Shown piece by piece: positions 52,464 to 63,358 of a stretch of DNA of 64,000 bases. The first letter of the stretch is position 1, and each line of letters starts with the position of its first letter. Location of the stretch: assembly GCA_963849325.1 (NCBI GenBank), contig CAWKHF010000012.1, positions 224,001 to 288,000 on the forward strand, in the 5' to 3' direction. The notes beneath the pieces are model-generated. The model ran no database searches. It was not told the DNA's origin and saw only the letters and a list, made by a program, of their open reading frames with translations. A program made the position numbers and the translations under genes. The stretch comes from an uncultured Planctomycetota bacterium. GTDB lineage: Bacteria; Planctomycetota; Planctomycetia; Gemmatales; Gemmataceae.

Positions 52464-53198
52464 TCACTCCAGCACCTTTCGCCAGCGCTGGGGCAAGACG
52501 GCGAACGCCGTCTGATACGTCGCCTCCAACGGAACCAGAACGTGGGCATTGGGCTGCAGGAACAGCGGCATGTCCGGGAGGACGTCGCCGACGGCGACCG
52601 GCTCAATGTACGCTCGGGTCGTCAGGTCGCATTCGTAGGCGGCTAACGTGAGCGGCTTATCCGCCGGCAGGACAAACGGCTTGTCCTCGACCTCGGCCCA
52701 GATGGCGGCGTGGACGCCGTTGGGATCGCGCCGGCCGGGCGGAAACGGATCGACGATCAGCAGATGGATGCGGTGTTCGAGCAACTCGCACGCCTTGTCC
52801 AGCAGCGCCCGAAAGGCGTGCCGGCTGGCTTTGTTCCCTGGCGAGACGATTTCCAGCATGGCGACGATCCGATCCCCACTGACGTGGCGGACGGCGATGG
52901 AACTCTTCTTGCGACGATAAAACTCGGCATCGGTTTCCGCCACGAATCGCGTCTGGGGTCGAGTCTGCCGTGCCGTCATGGTGCCGACGCCTCCGCTATC
53001 CGGCTCGCCCTCCTCCTGGCGCTCATCCTGGAGGGTAAGGACGTTGGGACCGAAGCCGGCCGCTTGCTGCTCGGGTAAGGCGTAGTAATCGCTCGGCAGG
53101 CCGCCCTGGTTCAGCAGCCGTGCGATCTCGTGAATCCAGCCGTGATGAAAGGCGTGGAAGATGCCGGCTTCCACTCGCGTCCAGTCGTGCATGGGCAT
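52464..53198 (-). CDS. DUF4058-family (restriction-endonuclease-like fold) protein
   Basis: MPMHDWTRVEAGIFHAFH...LEIVSPGNK...LLIVDPFPP...LPDMPLFL...VPLEATY. Confidence 0.75.
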   Translation of the reverse strand: MPMHDWTRVEAGIFHAFHHGWIHEIARLLNQGGLPSDYYALPEQQAAGFGPNVLTLQDERQEEGEPDSGGVGTMTARQTRPQTRFVAETDAEFYRRKKSSIAVRHVSGDRIVAMLEIVSPGNKASRHAFRALLDKACELLEHRIHLLIVDPFPPGRRDPNGVHAAIWAEVEDKPFVLPADKPLTLAAYECDLTTRAYIEPVAVGDVLPDMPLFLQPNAHVLVPLEATYQTAFAVLPQRWRKVLE

Positions 53199-53217
53199 GG
53201 CAAGTCCCTCTGGTCGA

Positions 53218-54153
53218 TTACGGTCCAGAATCCCCCGCGTCGCCCTCCTCCTGTATCGTCTGCGGGTCGCGGCGCTTGATCAAGGTGACTTCGTTGCCGG
53301 CGGCGTTATACCGCACTTCGTCCATGATCGTCCGCATCAGCATGACGCCGCGGCCGGCGTCGGGCAGACTGTCGGAGCCAGGTAGACGCGATACCTCGAA
53401 GCCGGAACCTTCATCGCGGATGACGAAGACAGCCTCGCTCCGCGAGATGCGGGCGACGACGTGAATGCGGCGGTTGCGGTACGGCTCCTCGCCCCGTCGC
53501 TGCCGCCCCAGCGCCTCGTAGGTGCGGCGATCGGCCGGACTCGTCGCCGAACGGACCTCCAGGTTGCCGTGATAACAGGCGTTGGTCAGCGCCTCCTCCA
53601 CGGCGACGCCGACGCGAAGACGCTCGGTCTCGTCGGCCAGCGGCAGACAACGCAGCATCTGTTGCAAGTGGTTGACCAGCGATTTGATAAGGGCCGGGTC
53701 GTTGTCGAGCGTGAAGACCAACTCGCTCGCCTCCAGGTAGTGCATCAGGCGCGAGTGGCCGCGATCTTCGCGTGAGCCGCGAAGGATGCGCTCGACGGTC
53801 GGCACCAGGTCGTCAGCCAGTTGGCGCTTGGGCACGTAACTGGCGGCCCCCTGCCGCAGCGCTTGGGCGGCGATGTCCTCGCTGCCCTGGGCGGTCATCA
53901 GCACGACCGGCACGAGCGGGAAGTCGTTCTTGACCGCCGCGACCAGTTCCAGACCGTTCATGTCCGGCATCTGCAAATCGGTGAGCACCAGATCGGGTAG
54001 CTGTCCGCTCAGCTGCCGCAGCGCCTCCTTGCCGTCGCCGGCGTACTGCACGGTGCAGTCGAAATGCTTTTCCAGCAGAGCGCCGGCCAGCCGCCGGTCG
54101 ATCGGCGAATCATCGACGACAAGTACGTTCAGCACGGGAGTCTCCTCGATCAA
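53218..54153 (-). CDS. Response regulator fused to an RsbW-like ATPase (anti-sigma kinase) domain
   Basis: REC (VVDDS, LTDLQMP, YVPK) followed by EEALTNA..HGN, RDEGSGF, GRGV.LM. Confidence 0.88.
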   Translation of the reverse strand: MIEETPVLNVLVVDDSPIDRRLAGALLEKHFDCTVQYAGDGKEALRQLSGQLPDLVLTDLQMPDMNGLELVAAVKNDFPLVPVVLMTAQGSEDIAAQALRQGAASYVPKRQLADDLVPTVERILRGSREDRGHSRLMHYLEASELVFTLDNDPALIKSLVNHLQQMLRCLPLADETERLRVGVAVEEALTNACYHGNLEVRSATSPADRRTYEALGRQRRGEEPYRNRRIHVVARISRSEAVFVIRDEGSGFEVSRLPGSDSLPDAGRGVMLMRTIMDEVRYNAAGNEVTLIKRRDPQTIQEEGDAGDSGP

Positions 54154-54913
54154 ACGGCGGCGTCAGTCGGTATCGTTCCGCTCCGATTCGGTGCGCAGGC
54201 CGGTTCGGTCCTCTAACCGATTGCTGCTCGGACGGCCCGTAGGCCGGGTCGGTGTAAATCAACTGGAAGCGGAGGTGGGCAACCGTCAGGATGCTGCCGG
54301 GCGGCAGGGGTTTCGCTTCCGCCCGGACGCCATCGACGCGGACGCCGTTGCGGCTACCCAGGTCGCGCACGGACCACTGGCCATGCGCCCATTCCAGCTG
54401 GCAGTGACGGCCGGAGATGGTGGCAAAAGGGAGGACAATGTCGCAATCGGGGTGGCGGCCGACGACGAGTTGCGTCCTGTACAGCGTGAGGGGATCACCG
54501 CCGCCGCAAGGCAGCAGCAGACCCAACGCCTCCCCTGTGGGGGGCTCGGCCGGCTCCAACGTCGTGGACCGCGCCGTCCTCCCTCCGAAGGTGGGGGCGG
54601 CGGTGCCGCGCATCGGCGTTCGACCTCCCGGCGGCGCGTAGACCACGTTGTAGCGATACCGCGCCAGCGCCAGCACGTCGTCGGGCATCAGACGGCGCGA
54701 GGCGCAGATGATGCCGTTGACGCGCGTACCGTTGCTGCTGCCCAGGTCGCGGGCAAACCAGTAACCGTCGAGCAATTCCATCTCGCAGTGACGCCCGGAG
54801 ATGGTGCGGAAGGGCAGCGTGATGTCGCAGTAGCTGTGCCGGCCGAGCAGCAGTTGCGGCTTGAGCAGGGGGATGGGCGCTCCTCCTCCGCACGGCAGCA
54901 GTTGACCAAGCAT
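54110..54913 (-). CDS. Tandem FHA-domain protein
   Basis: Two copies of LLPCGGG.P...GRH..CDI.LPF.TISGRHC....DLGS.NG.RV.G; the 3' end is uncertain because it overlaps the next gene. Confidence 0.85.
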   Translation of the reverse strand: MLGQLLPCGGGAPIPLLKPQLLLGRHSYCDITLPFRTISGRHCEMELLDGYWFARDLGSSNGTRVNGIICASRRLMPDDVLALARYRYNVVYAPPGGRTPMRGTAAPTFGGRTARSTTLEPAEPPTGEALGLLLPCGGGDPLTLYRTQLVVGRHPDCDIVLPFATISGRHCQLEWAHGQWSVRDLGSRNGVRVDGVRAEAKPLPPGSILTVAHLRFQLIYTDPAYGPSEQQSVRGPNRPAHRIGAERYRLTPPFDRGDSRAERTCRR

Positions 54914-55000
54914 CGCGGTTCATCCTTCATCCCGAGAAATCTCTGTTTATTCTGCGCGGGACGATCGGCGGCGCCCAGAGAAATCCCGAGGGAAAAAAGA

Positions 55001-55074
55001 GAACCACGGATAACACGGATAACACGGATAAAGAAATTCTTTATTATCCGTGTTATCCGTGTTATCCGTGGTTC
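55001..55074. repeat. Nonamer (cacggataa)n inverted repeat
   Basis: gaac(cacggataa)x3 ... (ttatccgtg)x3 gttc. Confidence 0.85.
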
Positions 55075-55089
55075 ATTTGTTTTTTTCCC

Positions 55090-58000
55090 TCAGCGCTCGG
55101 GGCGATAGCGGATGTCGTTGACGATGCGGCGCGTCGGACCCTGGATGCGCTCCAGCGATTCGCTCACCATCGCCGGCGCCGGGCGATTCAGGCGTTCGAG
55201 CATGGCGCCCTGGTTGAAGTCGTCGTTCGCGTCGCGCCGTTTGTTCTGCGCCAGGCGCGACAGGCCCAGGTAGTAGAAATAACGTGCGTCCTGCGTATCG
55301 TTCTCGATGGCGAGCAGGAACGACTTTTCGGCGTTGAGGTAGTCGCGGTCAAAGTAGAAGTTCAGACCGCCGGCGAAATGGCGGACGGCCTCGGCCGGAT
55401 TGGGCGTCCGCAAGCTGTCGGGCCGCTTCAGACGCGGATGGTTGAGGACCAGGTACAGCAGGCCGTTGCCGTACTCGCGCGGCATGAACGGCCGCACGCC
55501 CTCGACATAGGTTTGCAACGCCATCGTCCAGCGGCCCTTGATGGCCAGCGCCTGCGCCGCACGTTGAAGGGTACTTTGTCGGCCGGGGAGTTGAGGACGG
55601 CGTCGGCCAACTTCTCCGCCTCGTCCCAGCTGGCCTGCTCGTCCGGCAGGCCCGGCGCTTGCAGTCCCAGCACCATCATCAGGGCCAACAGCTTCTTCTC
55701 CTCCCGAGTGCGGGCCGGGTCGCGTCCGCCGACCTTGTCGCCGCCGGCATTCGGTATCGGCGCCGGCAGTCCCGCCGGACGCGCTTCGCCGGCCTGCGAC
55801 AGCACACGCGCCAGGGCGATGCGATAGCGGCTGCCGTCGGCGTCGAGCGCGGGATGGGCAGTCATCGCCTTGCGATAGCTGGTGATGGCCACGTTCCATT
55901 GGCCCAACTCCTCGGCGATACGGCCGGCGGCGTAATGCCCCTCGGCGAGTCCGGCCTTGACCGCCTCGGCGGCGTCCTTGCTCGCGGCGGTCAGTAGCGG
56001 GTCCGTTCGCTTCAGCGGACCTTGCCCCATGGAGCGAGCGGCGTCCAGCTCGATCAGGCTCGCGCTGGGCGTACAGCTTGGCGTGCTCCTTCTCCGGCAG
56101 CGACTTTATGGCCCGCTGGAGTACCGCCATCGCGGCATCCATTTGACCGCGATCGTAGAGGCTCGCGGCCTGGCCGGCGAAGTAGGCGGCCGGGTCCGAC
56201 ACCTCCTTCAAGGCGGCGTCGGCGGCCAGCAGCCATTCGCCCTTGTCCACCGCCGTGCGACCTGCCTCCAGGGCGGACTTGGCCTCGGCGAACTTCTCGC
56301 TGTTCCGCAGCGCCAGGCCGAGGATGACCTGCGCCTGTCCCTTCTGCGCCGGCGTCGCCGCCTGGTCGGTCTTGACGCGATCGACGTCCACCGTCGCCTT
56401 GCTGGCCAGCTCCGCTCGTCCACGGTCCTTCTCCAGGAGCAGCAGCCATAGAGGCAGCATCTCCTCCGGCCGCCAGCGCTGTTTCAGGGTCGCCGTCGAG
56501 CTGAGCAATGTCGTCGCGCTGCTTGCGAATCATCCCTTGCGGATCCTTGATCCGGGCCGATCTCGATCACCTTGCGGATCGCCTCGCCGAGGTCCGGCTT
56601 ACCCTCGGGGTCGAGGAGCTTGGCCGCGGCCAGTTCATCGCTGATCTTCTTCAGGGAGCCCTGGAGTTCCTTGTTGGCGGCCGTCAACTTCTGCTCCAGC
56701 TCGGCGGCGGTCTTGAGCTTGGCGTCGCGGTCCTTGATGGTGTCCTCCGCCGTCTTCAGTTTGGTGGTCAGGTCGGTGGCCTCCTTGGTGGACTTGTCGA
56801 GTTTCGTCGTCAGGTCTTCGACCTTCGCCTCGGCGTCCTTCTTGTCGGCGAGAAGGCGATCGACGCCCTTGGGAAGATCCTCGGCGCGAGTGATGACCTT
56901 CTCCATGATGAGTTTGTCGGACACGGCCTTGACGGTCTCGCCACTGGTCTGGGCCTTCTTGAGCAAGTCTTGCAGCGCGTCTGGGGCCGTGTTCTTGTCC
57001 GTCAGGTAGCCGCCCTCGCGCAGATGGCCCTCCAGCAGCCAGTATTGCTTCAGTTCGTCACAGCAGCGGAGGAAGATTTCTTCCGTCGGATCGCTGAGCG
57101 GGTTCTGGGCCTTGCGCAGTCGGGTGAAACGCCGTTTATCGTGGACCGCGCGCGCTTTGTCGAGGGCCTGGGTTGCTTCGAGGTACTTGCCGCTACGGGC
57201 CAGCCGGGCTGCCTGCCAGAAGTCGAAGCCAGCCTCGTCCTCGCCTCCGGCCGGCGGTTGGGGTTGCGGCTGCGGTTGCTGGAGACCAATGAGCAAGAGG
57301 GCCAACAAAGCGGCGCGATCCTCGACGCGCTCGGGCAACAGCCAGGCCGCACCGGGGGCCGCGCCGGACGATTTCAAATCAACACGGTCGATGGCGGACT
57401 CGAAGCGCCGCTTCTGCAGCGGCACATTCTGGGCGGTGGCGGTGTCGGCGCCCTTGGTGTACTCGGCGCGGGCCTCGGCGTATTTGTTGGCCAACTCCTG
57501 AATCAGCCCCAGGTCGTAAATGGCATCAAGGTTCTTGGCCTCGGCCGCTTTCTGCAAGTCGGCGATGGCCTGTTGCAACGGCGGGTCTTGCAGGTTGACC
57601 TTCGCCCCCGTCTTCTGGAGGTAGGCACCCAGACGATAACTGCCGCGTTCGGCCAGCTGCTCGGGCTTGTCTTCCTGAATCTGCTCGATGCCCGCCTTGG
57701 CGGCCTCGTCCCAGTCACCATTGCGAAGGTAAGCGACCCGAGATGGAGACGTCGGCGCGGGAGCCTGGATCGGAGCCGCCACCTGCTGCTTCTTCTCTCC
57801 ACCGGCGCCGATCATCGCCGGCACGTCGAGACCGCCGAAGCGGGCGCCGATCAGTCCGCCGGCGCCAACGAGGACGCCGAGGAACGTCCCGCCGATCAAA
57901 GCGGGAATACGCGAGCGCGGCTTGGCGGGCCGGGCCGGTTTTTCTTCTGCCTCCGCTTCCGCCTCGGCCTCGGCCTCCGCCTTCTCTTCGGCTTCGGCTT

Positions 58001-59418
58001 CGGCCTCGGCCACGGCGGCCTCGGCCTCTCCGGCGGCGGCCTCTTCCTCGGCCATCGCGGCCAAGTCGGCATCGCCGGCCGGCGTCTCGTCCAGTCCGGC
58101 GAGCAGCTCGTCTACCTCTGCCTCCGAAACGGCCGGTTCTTCTCCGGCGGCGGTGACTTCCTCGCCTTTGTCCTTGGTGGCCGCGCCTCCCTCAAAGGCG
58201 ACCGTCTCCTCTCCGGCGAAAGCCGGCGATTCATCCGCGGGGACCGCCGCCTCCTCAGCGACGACCGCTTCTTCTTCGGCGAGGGTCCCCTCGTCGGGCG
58301 ATTCCGCCTGGAGTGCTTCGAGCCGGAGATCGCTGTCGGCGGCGGAAGGACTCGCCAATTCAGCGATGTCGCTCAGATCGGCGGCCGAATCCGCGGCGAC
58401 GACCTCCTCGATCCCCTCGCCTTCGGACGGGACCGGCTGGGCGATTTCCGCGTGGGAGCCGAGATCGACGGCCGAGTCCGACGCCGCCGGAGACGCCGGA
58501 AGGGGATGGCTCCGCCACTCCGCCCCAATCGATGCCGCTGTCGTCCGCCGCCTCGACAACTTCGTCGGCCTCGTCCGCGACTTCCGCCGTGCTCCGCTCG
58601 AGCGGCACCGCATCGAGGGCAGCCTCCGCCGTCAACTCCGCCTCCGGTGCGTGCGGGTCGGCGGTGGCCTCGACGACCTCGGCGACCGCATCGCGCTCGG
58701 GAGGTGTCTCCGCGAGGGGAGGGGCCAGAGCGGCATCGCTCGGCGACGCCAGGTCGATCACGTCCTCGTCGGCGAGGTTGACGGCCGACTCCTCGATCAG
58801 ATCGACGTGGCTGGCGTCGCTGGCCAACTCGGCCACGAACACGTCCGATTCGGCCGGCGGCGCCGCCGCCACGACCGCGCCGGAGTCTTCCTCAACCAGC
58901 TCGACCGGAGAGGCGCCGAGGTCCACGGCGGAATCGGAGACCGGCCCCGCCGGCTCCGGTGCCGCTTCCGTCAGATCGACCACCTCGGCGTCCTCGGCAG
59001 GGGGAGCGGGCGGCTCCTCAGCGATCAACTCACCGACAATCTCCTCCTCTGAGATGTCCGGCTCGACAGCTCCTGTGCCGTGGGCCAGCAAATCGGCGTC
59101 GGACGGCGAATCGACCTTGAGCTGATTGGCAGACGGCTCGCTAACGAGAGCGGCCCACTCGACGTCCGAAGCGCCGCTGGGGGGCACCTCCGCCGCGTCG
59201 CCGGCGCCGGAGACCGCCGGCGTCTGGCCGAGATCGATCACCGCATCGGAAGGCGTCGTCTCCGCAGGCAGTTCCGCCGGGCCGACGTTGGTCAGCTGCG
59301 TCTTGCGATCTTCCGCCGACCCACTTGCCAACTGAGTCTTTTTCGCGGCCGCACAGTGGGGGCACGCCGAAAGATCGTCCGCGTAGTCACGTTTGCATAC
59401 GTCGCAGTGTTTCGCCAT
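55090..59418 (-). CDS. Large membrane-anchored TPR/coiled-coil protein with N-terminal Zn ribbon and acidic disordered region; several frameshifts
   Basis: Joins ORFs 58360..59418 (CDVC...CPHC), 56484..58613 (TM, coiled coil), 55428..56030 and 55090..56508 (TPR-like). Confidence 0.7.
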
Positions 59419-59680
59419 GCCTTTGCACTCCGCTATCGAGGTGGGCTCCGAGGAGGAGCCGTCAGGGTGCGGGAAATATCGCCAGTCCCAGGGCGTCGAA
59501 ATGCGCAGGGCCGTACAGCCCGGATCGTCGTTATGTTCCCTCTATTTTCCCGAGCTTGCCACGGGAGGGCAACTCCATTCCGCCGTTTCCGCCGATTCTC
59601 CGCCGTCAAGGCCGGTACGAACGCTCCAACCCCTGCAATCGACACAACCGCCGCGACCAGGTAATCGAGATCCTACCTAT

Positions 59681-59738
59681 CCGAGCCGCGACCGTCAGGG
59701 AGCAGAGAAAGCACCGCTCCCTGACGGTCGCGGCTCGG
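59681..59738. repeat. REP-like palindrome
   Basis: ccgagccgcgaccgtcagggagc / gctccctgacggtcgcggctcgg, perfect 23-bp arms. Confidence 0.8.
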
Positions 59739-59825
59739 TATCTTTCGCCATGCGTGACTCCGTAGAATGTCCCCTGCGAGGCCGGAGGCGAAAATTCATG
59801 GCCCACTTGAAAAGGGGAGGCTCGG

Positions 59826-60683
59826 ATGGCATTCATCGACGTACACGTCCACGTTTGGACGGATGACATCGCCCATTATCCGTTGGCGCCGGCTTTCAAG
59901 GCGGAAGACATGAAACCTCGTCGCTTCACGCCGGACGATCTGTTCCAGCATACCAAACCGGCTGGTGTGGATCGCATCAACCTGATCCAGATGAGTTATT
60001 ACGGCTTCGACAATCGCTATATGATGGACATGATGGCCCTGCACAAGGACGTTTTCTCCGGCACGGCGGTCATCGATCCCGCGGCCGAACACCCCGATCA
60101 TCTCATGGGCGAGATGGCGAAAAAGGGCGTGCGTGCTTTCCGCATCTACCCCGGCCTGGAACGCGGCATCAAGCCCAACGAGGGCAAGGGTGAGGGCTGG
60201 TTGCGTCCGGCCGGCTACGAGAAGATGTTCGTCGCTGCCGCCAAGAACAACCAGGCCATCAGCTGCCTCATCAATCCCAATGCCTTGCCGGATCTGGATC
60301 GCCTGTGTCGCAAATACCCCGGCACGCCGGTCGTTATCGACCACCTTTGCCGCATCGGCGCCGACGGCACCATTCGAGAGAAAGAGGTCAACGCCCTGTG
60401 CGACATGGCCAAGCACAAGAACGTCATGGTGAAAATCGGTGCGTTCTACGCCCTGGGCGCGAAGAAGGCTCCGTACACCGACCTGGCGCCACTCCTCCGC
60501 AGGGTGGTCCAGGCGTTCGGCGTCGAGCGCTGCATGTGGGAGAGCGATTGTCCGTTCCAGGTCGTCGAGCAGAAGTACCAGGACAGCATCGACCTGGTGC
60601 GCCGCCGGCTGGATTTCCTCAGCGCCGAGGACAAGGACTGGTTGCTGCGGCGCACGGCGGAGAAATTCTTCTTCCCCAAATAA
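59826..60683 (+). CDS. Amidohydrolase_2-family protein
   Basis: IDVHVHVW, VIDHL, RCMWESDCPF. Confidence 0.88.
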   Translation: MAFIDVHVHVWTDDIAHYPLAPAFKAEDMKPRRFTPDDLFQHTKPAGVDRINLIQMSYYGFDNRYMMDMMALHKDVFSGTAVIDPAAEHPDHLMGEMAKKGVRAFRIYPGLERGIKPNEGKGEGWLRPAGYEKMFVAAAKNNQAISCLINPNALPDLDRLCRKYPGTPVVIDHLCRIGADGTIREKEVNALCDMAKHKNVMVKIGAFYALGAKKAPYTDLAPLLRRVVQAFGVERCMWESDCPFQVVEQKYQDSIDLVRRRLDFLSAEDKDWLLRRTAEKFFFPK

Positions 60684-60704
60684 AGTCCCGCTCGGCTGAC
60701 CACC

Positions 60705-61706
60705 CTATTCGGATCGGCCGGCCAGGATCTCGACCTTGTCGAGACTCTGCCGAGCGCCCAGGGCGATGAGCGTATCGCCGGCTTCCATGACGGCATCGCC
60801 GGGCGGGTTGGCGACGAGATGGCCGTTCGCCTTCTGGATGGCGACGACGATGACGCCCAGGTCCTGGCGCAGTCCGCTGGCGTGCAGCGTAACTCCGGCC
60901 AACTTACCACCGGCGTGGATGCGCGTCTCCTCGATCTGCAAATCGAGGTGTTCGGTGCGCGTGGCCAGCTCGATGAAGTCCACCACGGCGGGGCGCAGCA
61001 CGGCCATGGCCACCTTGGCGCCGCCGATGGCGTAGGGAGTGACGACGCGGTTGGCGCCGGCGCGGCGCAGCTTCTCCTCGGCCAGCTCGCCCTCGGCGCG
61101 GGCCACGATGAACAGCTTGTCGTTGAGCAGGCGGGCGCTGAGGGTGATGAACAGGTTGTCGGCGTCGGAGGCGGCGACCGTGACCAGGGCGCGGGCGCGT
61201 TCGACCCCGGCGCGGCGGAGCACGTCGTCGGAGGTGGCGTCGCCCTGCAGGGCGATGCCATGCGGCACGTCGAAATCCTGCAGCAACTCCTGCCGGCGAT
61301 CGATGATGACGAAGGGGAGATGCTGATTGGAGAACTCGCGGCAGACGTGCCGGCCCATGCGGCCATAGCCACAAATAATCATGTGATTCTTCAACTCCGA
61401 CAGACTGCGTTCCATGCGCTGCCTCCCCAGCAGTTGCCGTACCTCGCCGCTGACCACCAGCCGAATCAGTTCCGTGACCGCGTAAAAGAAGTTCAGGACG
61501 CCGACCAGCAGCAGGACAATGGTGAAGAGCCGTCCGCCGCGCGACAGGGGATGGACCTCGCCATAGCCAACCGTCGTCAGGGTGGTCACCGTCATGTACA
61601 GGGCGTCGAAAAGCGAATACTCATCCTCGATCAGGTAATAGCCCGTCGTCCCCGCCACGATGAGGACGATGGGGATGAGCACGAGCAGAAGGTAGCGACG
61701 CGGCAC
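60705..61706 (-). CDS. Potassium channel protein with TrkA-N/TrkA-C (RCK) domains
   Basis: GTG start; selectivity filter TTVGYGE, ICGYGRMG, GDAT, C-terminal RCK_C. Confidence 0.92.
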   Translation of the reverse strand: MPRRYLLLVLIPIVLIVAGTTGYYLIEDEYSLFDALYMTVTTLTTVGYGEVHPLSRGGRLFTIVLLLVGVLNFFYAVTELIRLVVSGEVRQLLGRQRMERSLSELKNHMIICGYGRMGRHVCREFSNQHLPFVIIDRRQELLQDFDVPHGIALQGDATSDDVLRRAGVERARALVTVAASDADNLFITLSARLLNDKLFIVARAEGELAEEKLRRAGANRVVTPYAIGGAKVAMAVLRPAVVDFIELATRTEHLDLQIEETRIHAGGKLAGVTLHASGLRQDLGVIVVAIQKANGHLVANPPGDAVMEAGDTLIALGARQSLDKVEILAGRSE

Positions 61707-61722
61707 GACGTTTCTCCCTGGA

Positions 61723-63219
61723 TCACTGCGGCCTCGACGGCTCTGAGCAGCGCCGCAGCAACTCCTGGCGCGCGGACTGGAAGACTTCGGTGAGGTGGCC
61801 GCGCTGATGCTCACTGGCACAGCGGGCCTCCTGCGCGACCCAGGCGAGCATCGCATCGAGGACGGCAAGCAGGGGGGCAATGGTGCCGGCATTCGGACGC
61901 ACGGGCCGCCCCTCGACCTGCAAATACACCGGCGAGGTGTGGGCGTGGATGGAGGAACGGCTGTCGTTTCCCAGGCACCGCGCCGCCAGCCAACCGCTCG
62001 CCGTGGCCGGCACTTCCGCCTCGATGAGCGCCGTGCGTCGATCACCGTCGGCCTGCCGGGCGGCAATGACCTCGCCATCGTGCAGCAGCTCCAGCCGATC
62101 GAACGCCGCCGCGCTACGGGCTTCAGCGCGCATGCGCACCGTCGCTCCCTCATCCGTCAGGGACAGCACCGAACCGGGGTCGTGCCCGTCTACGGTCAGC
62201 CACAGCAGCGGACCAGCGGTCACGAAGGTACGCCCCGCTCGAACCGCCTCGATCCAGGCGCCATAACTCCATTCCTGCCCCGCCTCCAGACGAGCATAGG
62301 TGCGAACGGCGCCCAGCGCCATCGTGTTGCGGTCCTTGCCGCTGGAGCCGACCAGAGGCAGACGCTGCCCACTGGCGAGCAGACGATACCAGTCCGCCAG
62401 CGGCGGCAACTGCGAATCTTCCAGGCGGCAAACCTCGAAGGCATCGACCTTGCCCAGGAGCAACGCCACCAGCGTTTCGCCCTGCGGATGCTCCGGCGTC
62501 AAACGTGGCTCATCCGGCCAGACGACGAGTCCCTTCTTGCGATGGCACTGATCGCACCAGTCACAGACCGACCAATCATCCAGGCCGTCGGGCGCTCCGA
62601 AACGCAGAGGATGGACAATGCGGTGACAGTTGAGCAGCGCCACCGTGCCGAGGATGGGGTGCGTGTTGCAGGTGTTGACGACGACACAGGGCGCTCCCTC
62701 CAGGGCCGGCTTCGTGCCGCTGAAGGCGAGCAGGTTGACCAGCGCCGCCGGCCGTTCGCCGTGCGGCGGTCGCTCGCGCGCCAGCAGATTGACCACATCC
62801 AGCCCTTCGGCCGCTCCCTCCAACTGGGCGGCGTGAGGCGACATTTCATGCGCCCGGCCGTCGCCCGCGTACCAGTCCTGCGCGCGCGGATCGATCCAGC
62901 GCTCGACGGCCAGGCGCAGCGAGATTTTCCCCGGCCCGAGGACGACCTCGCGTTGCAGAGGCACGTATTCCGGTCCCTTGTGGATCTCGACGCGAACCGG
63001 GCCAGGCGGCAGGTGGACCTCGCAGGTGCCGTCGATGTAGGCGAAGGAATCGTCGCCGAGCCGGACCTGGCCGCCAACGTCCTCGCCGGGTCCGGTAGCG
63101 AACGCGGCGAGTCGCCCGAATGGCATGTGACAGACGCCGCTGGAATCGACGAGGCGAATGCGTACCGGCGTGGGCCGGCCGGTGGCGGCATCGTTGACGC
63201 GGACATGAACGGTGAGCAT
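61723..63219 (-). CDS. CehA/McbA-like PHP-fold metallohydrolase
   Basis: KGPEY, WYAGD..H, WYRLL..G, GAVRTYA, AGRTFVT.GP, AHTSPVY motifs. Confidence 0.7.
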   Translation of the reverse strand: MLTVHVRVNDAATGRPTPVRIRLVDSSGVCHMPFGRLAAFATGPGEDVGGQVRLGDDSFAYIDGTCEVHLPPGPVRVEIHKGPEYVPLQREVVLGPGKISLRLAVERWIDPRAQDWYAGDGRAHEMSPHAAQLEGAAEGLDVVNLLARERPPHGERPAALVNLLAFSGTKPALEGAPCVVVNTCNTHPILGTVALLNCHRIVHPLRFGAPDGLDDWSVCDWCDQCHRKKGLVVWPDEPRLTPEHPQGETLVALLLGKVDAFEVCRLEDSQLPPLADWYRLLASGQRLPLVGSSGKDRNTMALGAVRTYARLEAGQEWSYGAWIEAVRAGRTFVTAGPLLWLTVDGHDPGSVLSLTDEGATVRMRAEARSAAAFDRLELLHDGEVIAARQADGDRRTALIEAEVPATASGWLAARCLGNDSRSSIHAHTSPVYLQVEGRPVRPNAGTIAPLLAVLDAMLAWVAQEARCASEHQRGHLTEVFQSARQELLRRCSEPSRPQ

Positions 63220-63358
63220 GAACGATCCTCGACTAACCCGCCAGCCCGCTGCGCCATCGTTTTTCTCTTGACATCACCTCTCCAAGAGGCGGTAATGCCA
63301 GAATACCTCATGGCGAGTCGTCTTTTCGGCCGGAGTTCTTACGCTTGGAGAAAGCGCA

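Noticed and set aside
50159-55074. Short tandem repeats at 50159 and 55001 as CRISPR arrays
   Set aside because: Units are 7-9 bp, inverted and without unique spacers; no cas genes in the window.
4467-59418. Frameshifts in the kinase, transposases, toxin carrier, CxxCH protein, EF-G and TPR protein read as pseudogenes or programmed frameshifting
   Set aside because: They are numerous, mostly single-base losses in short runs or GC-rich tracts, and hit unrelated conserved genes with no other decay. Sequencing or assembly indels are the simplest explanation; reads are needed to confirm.
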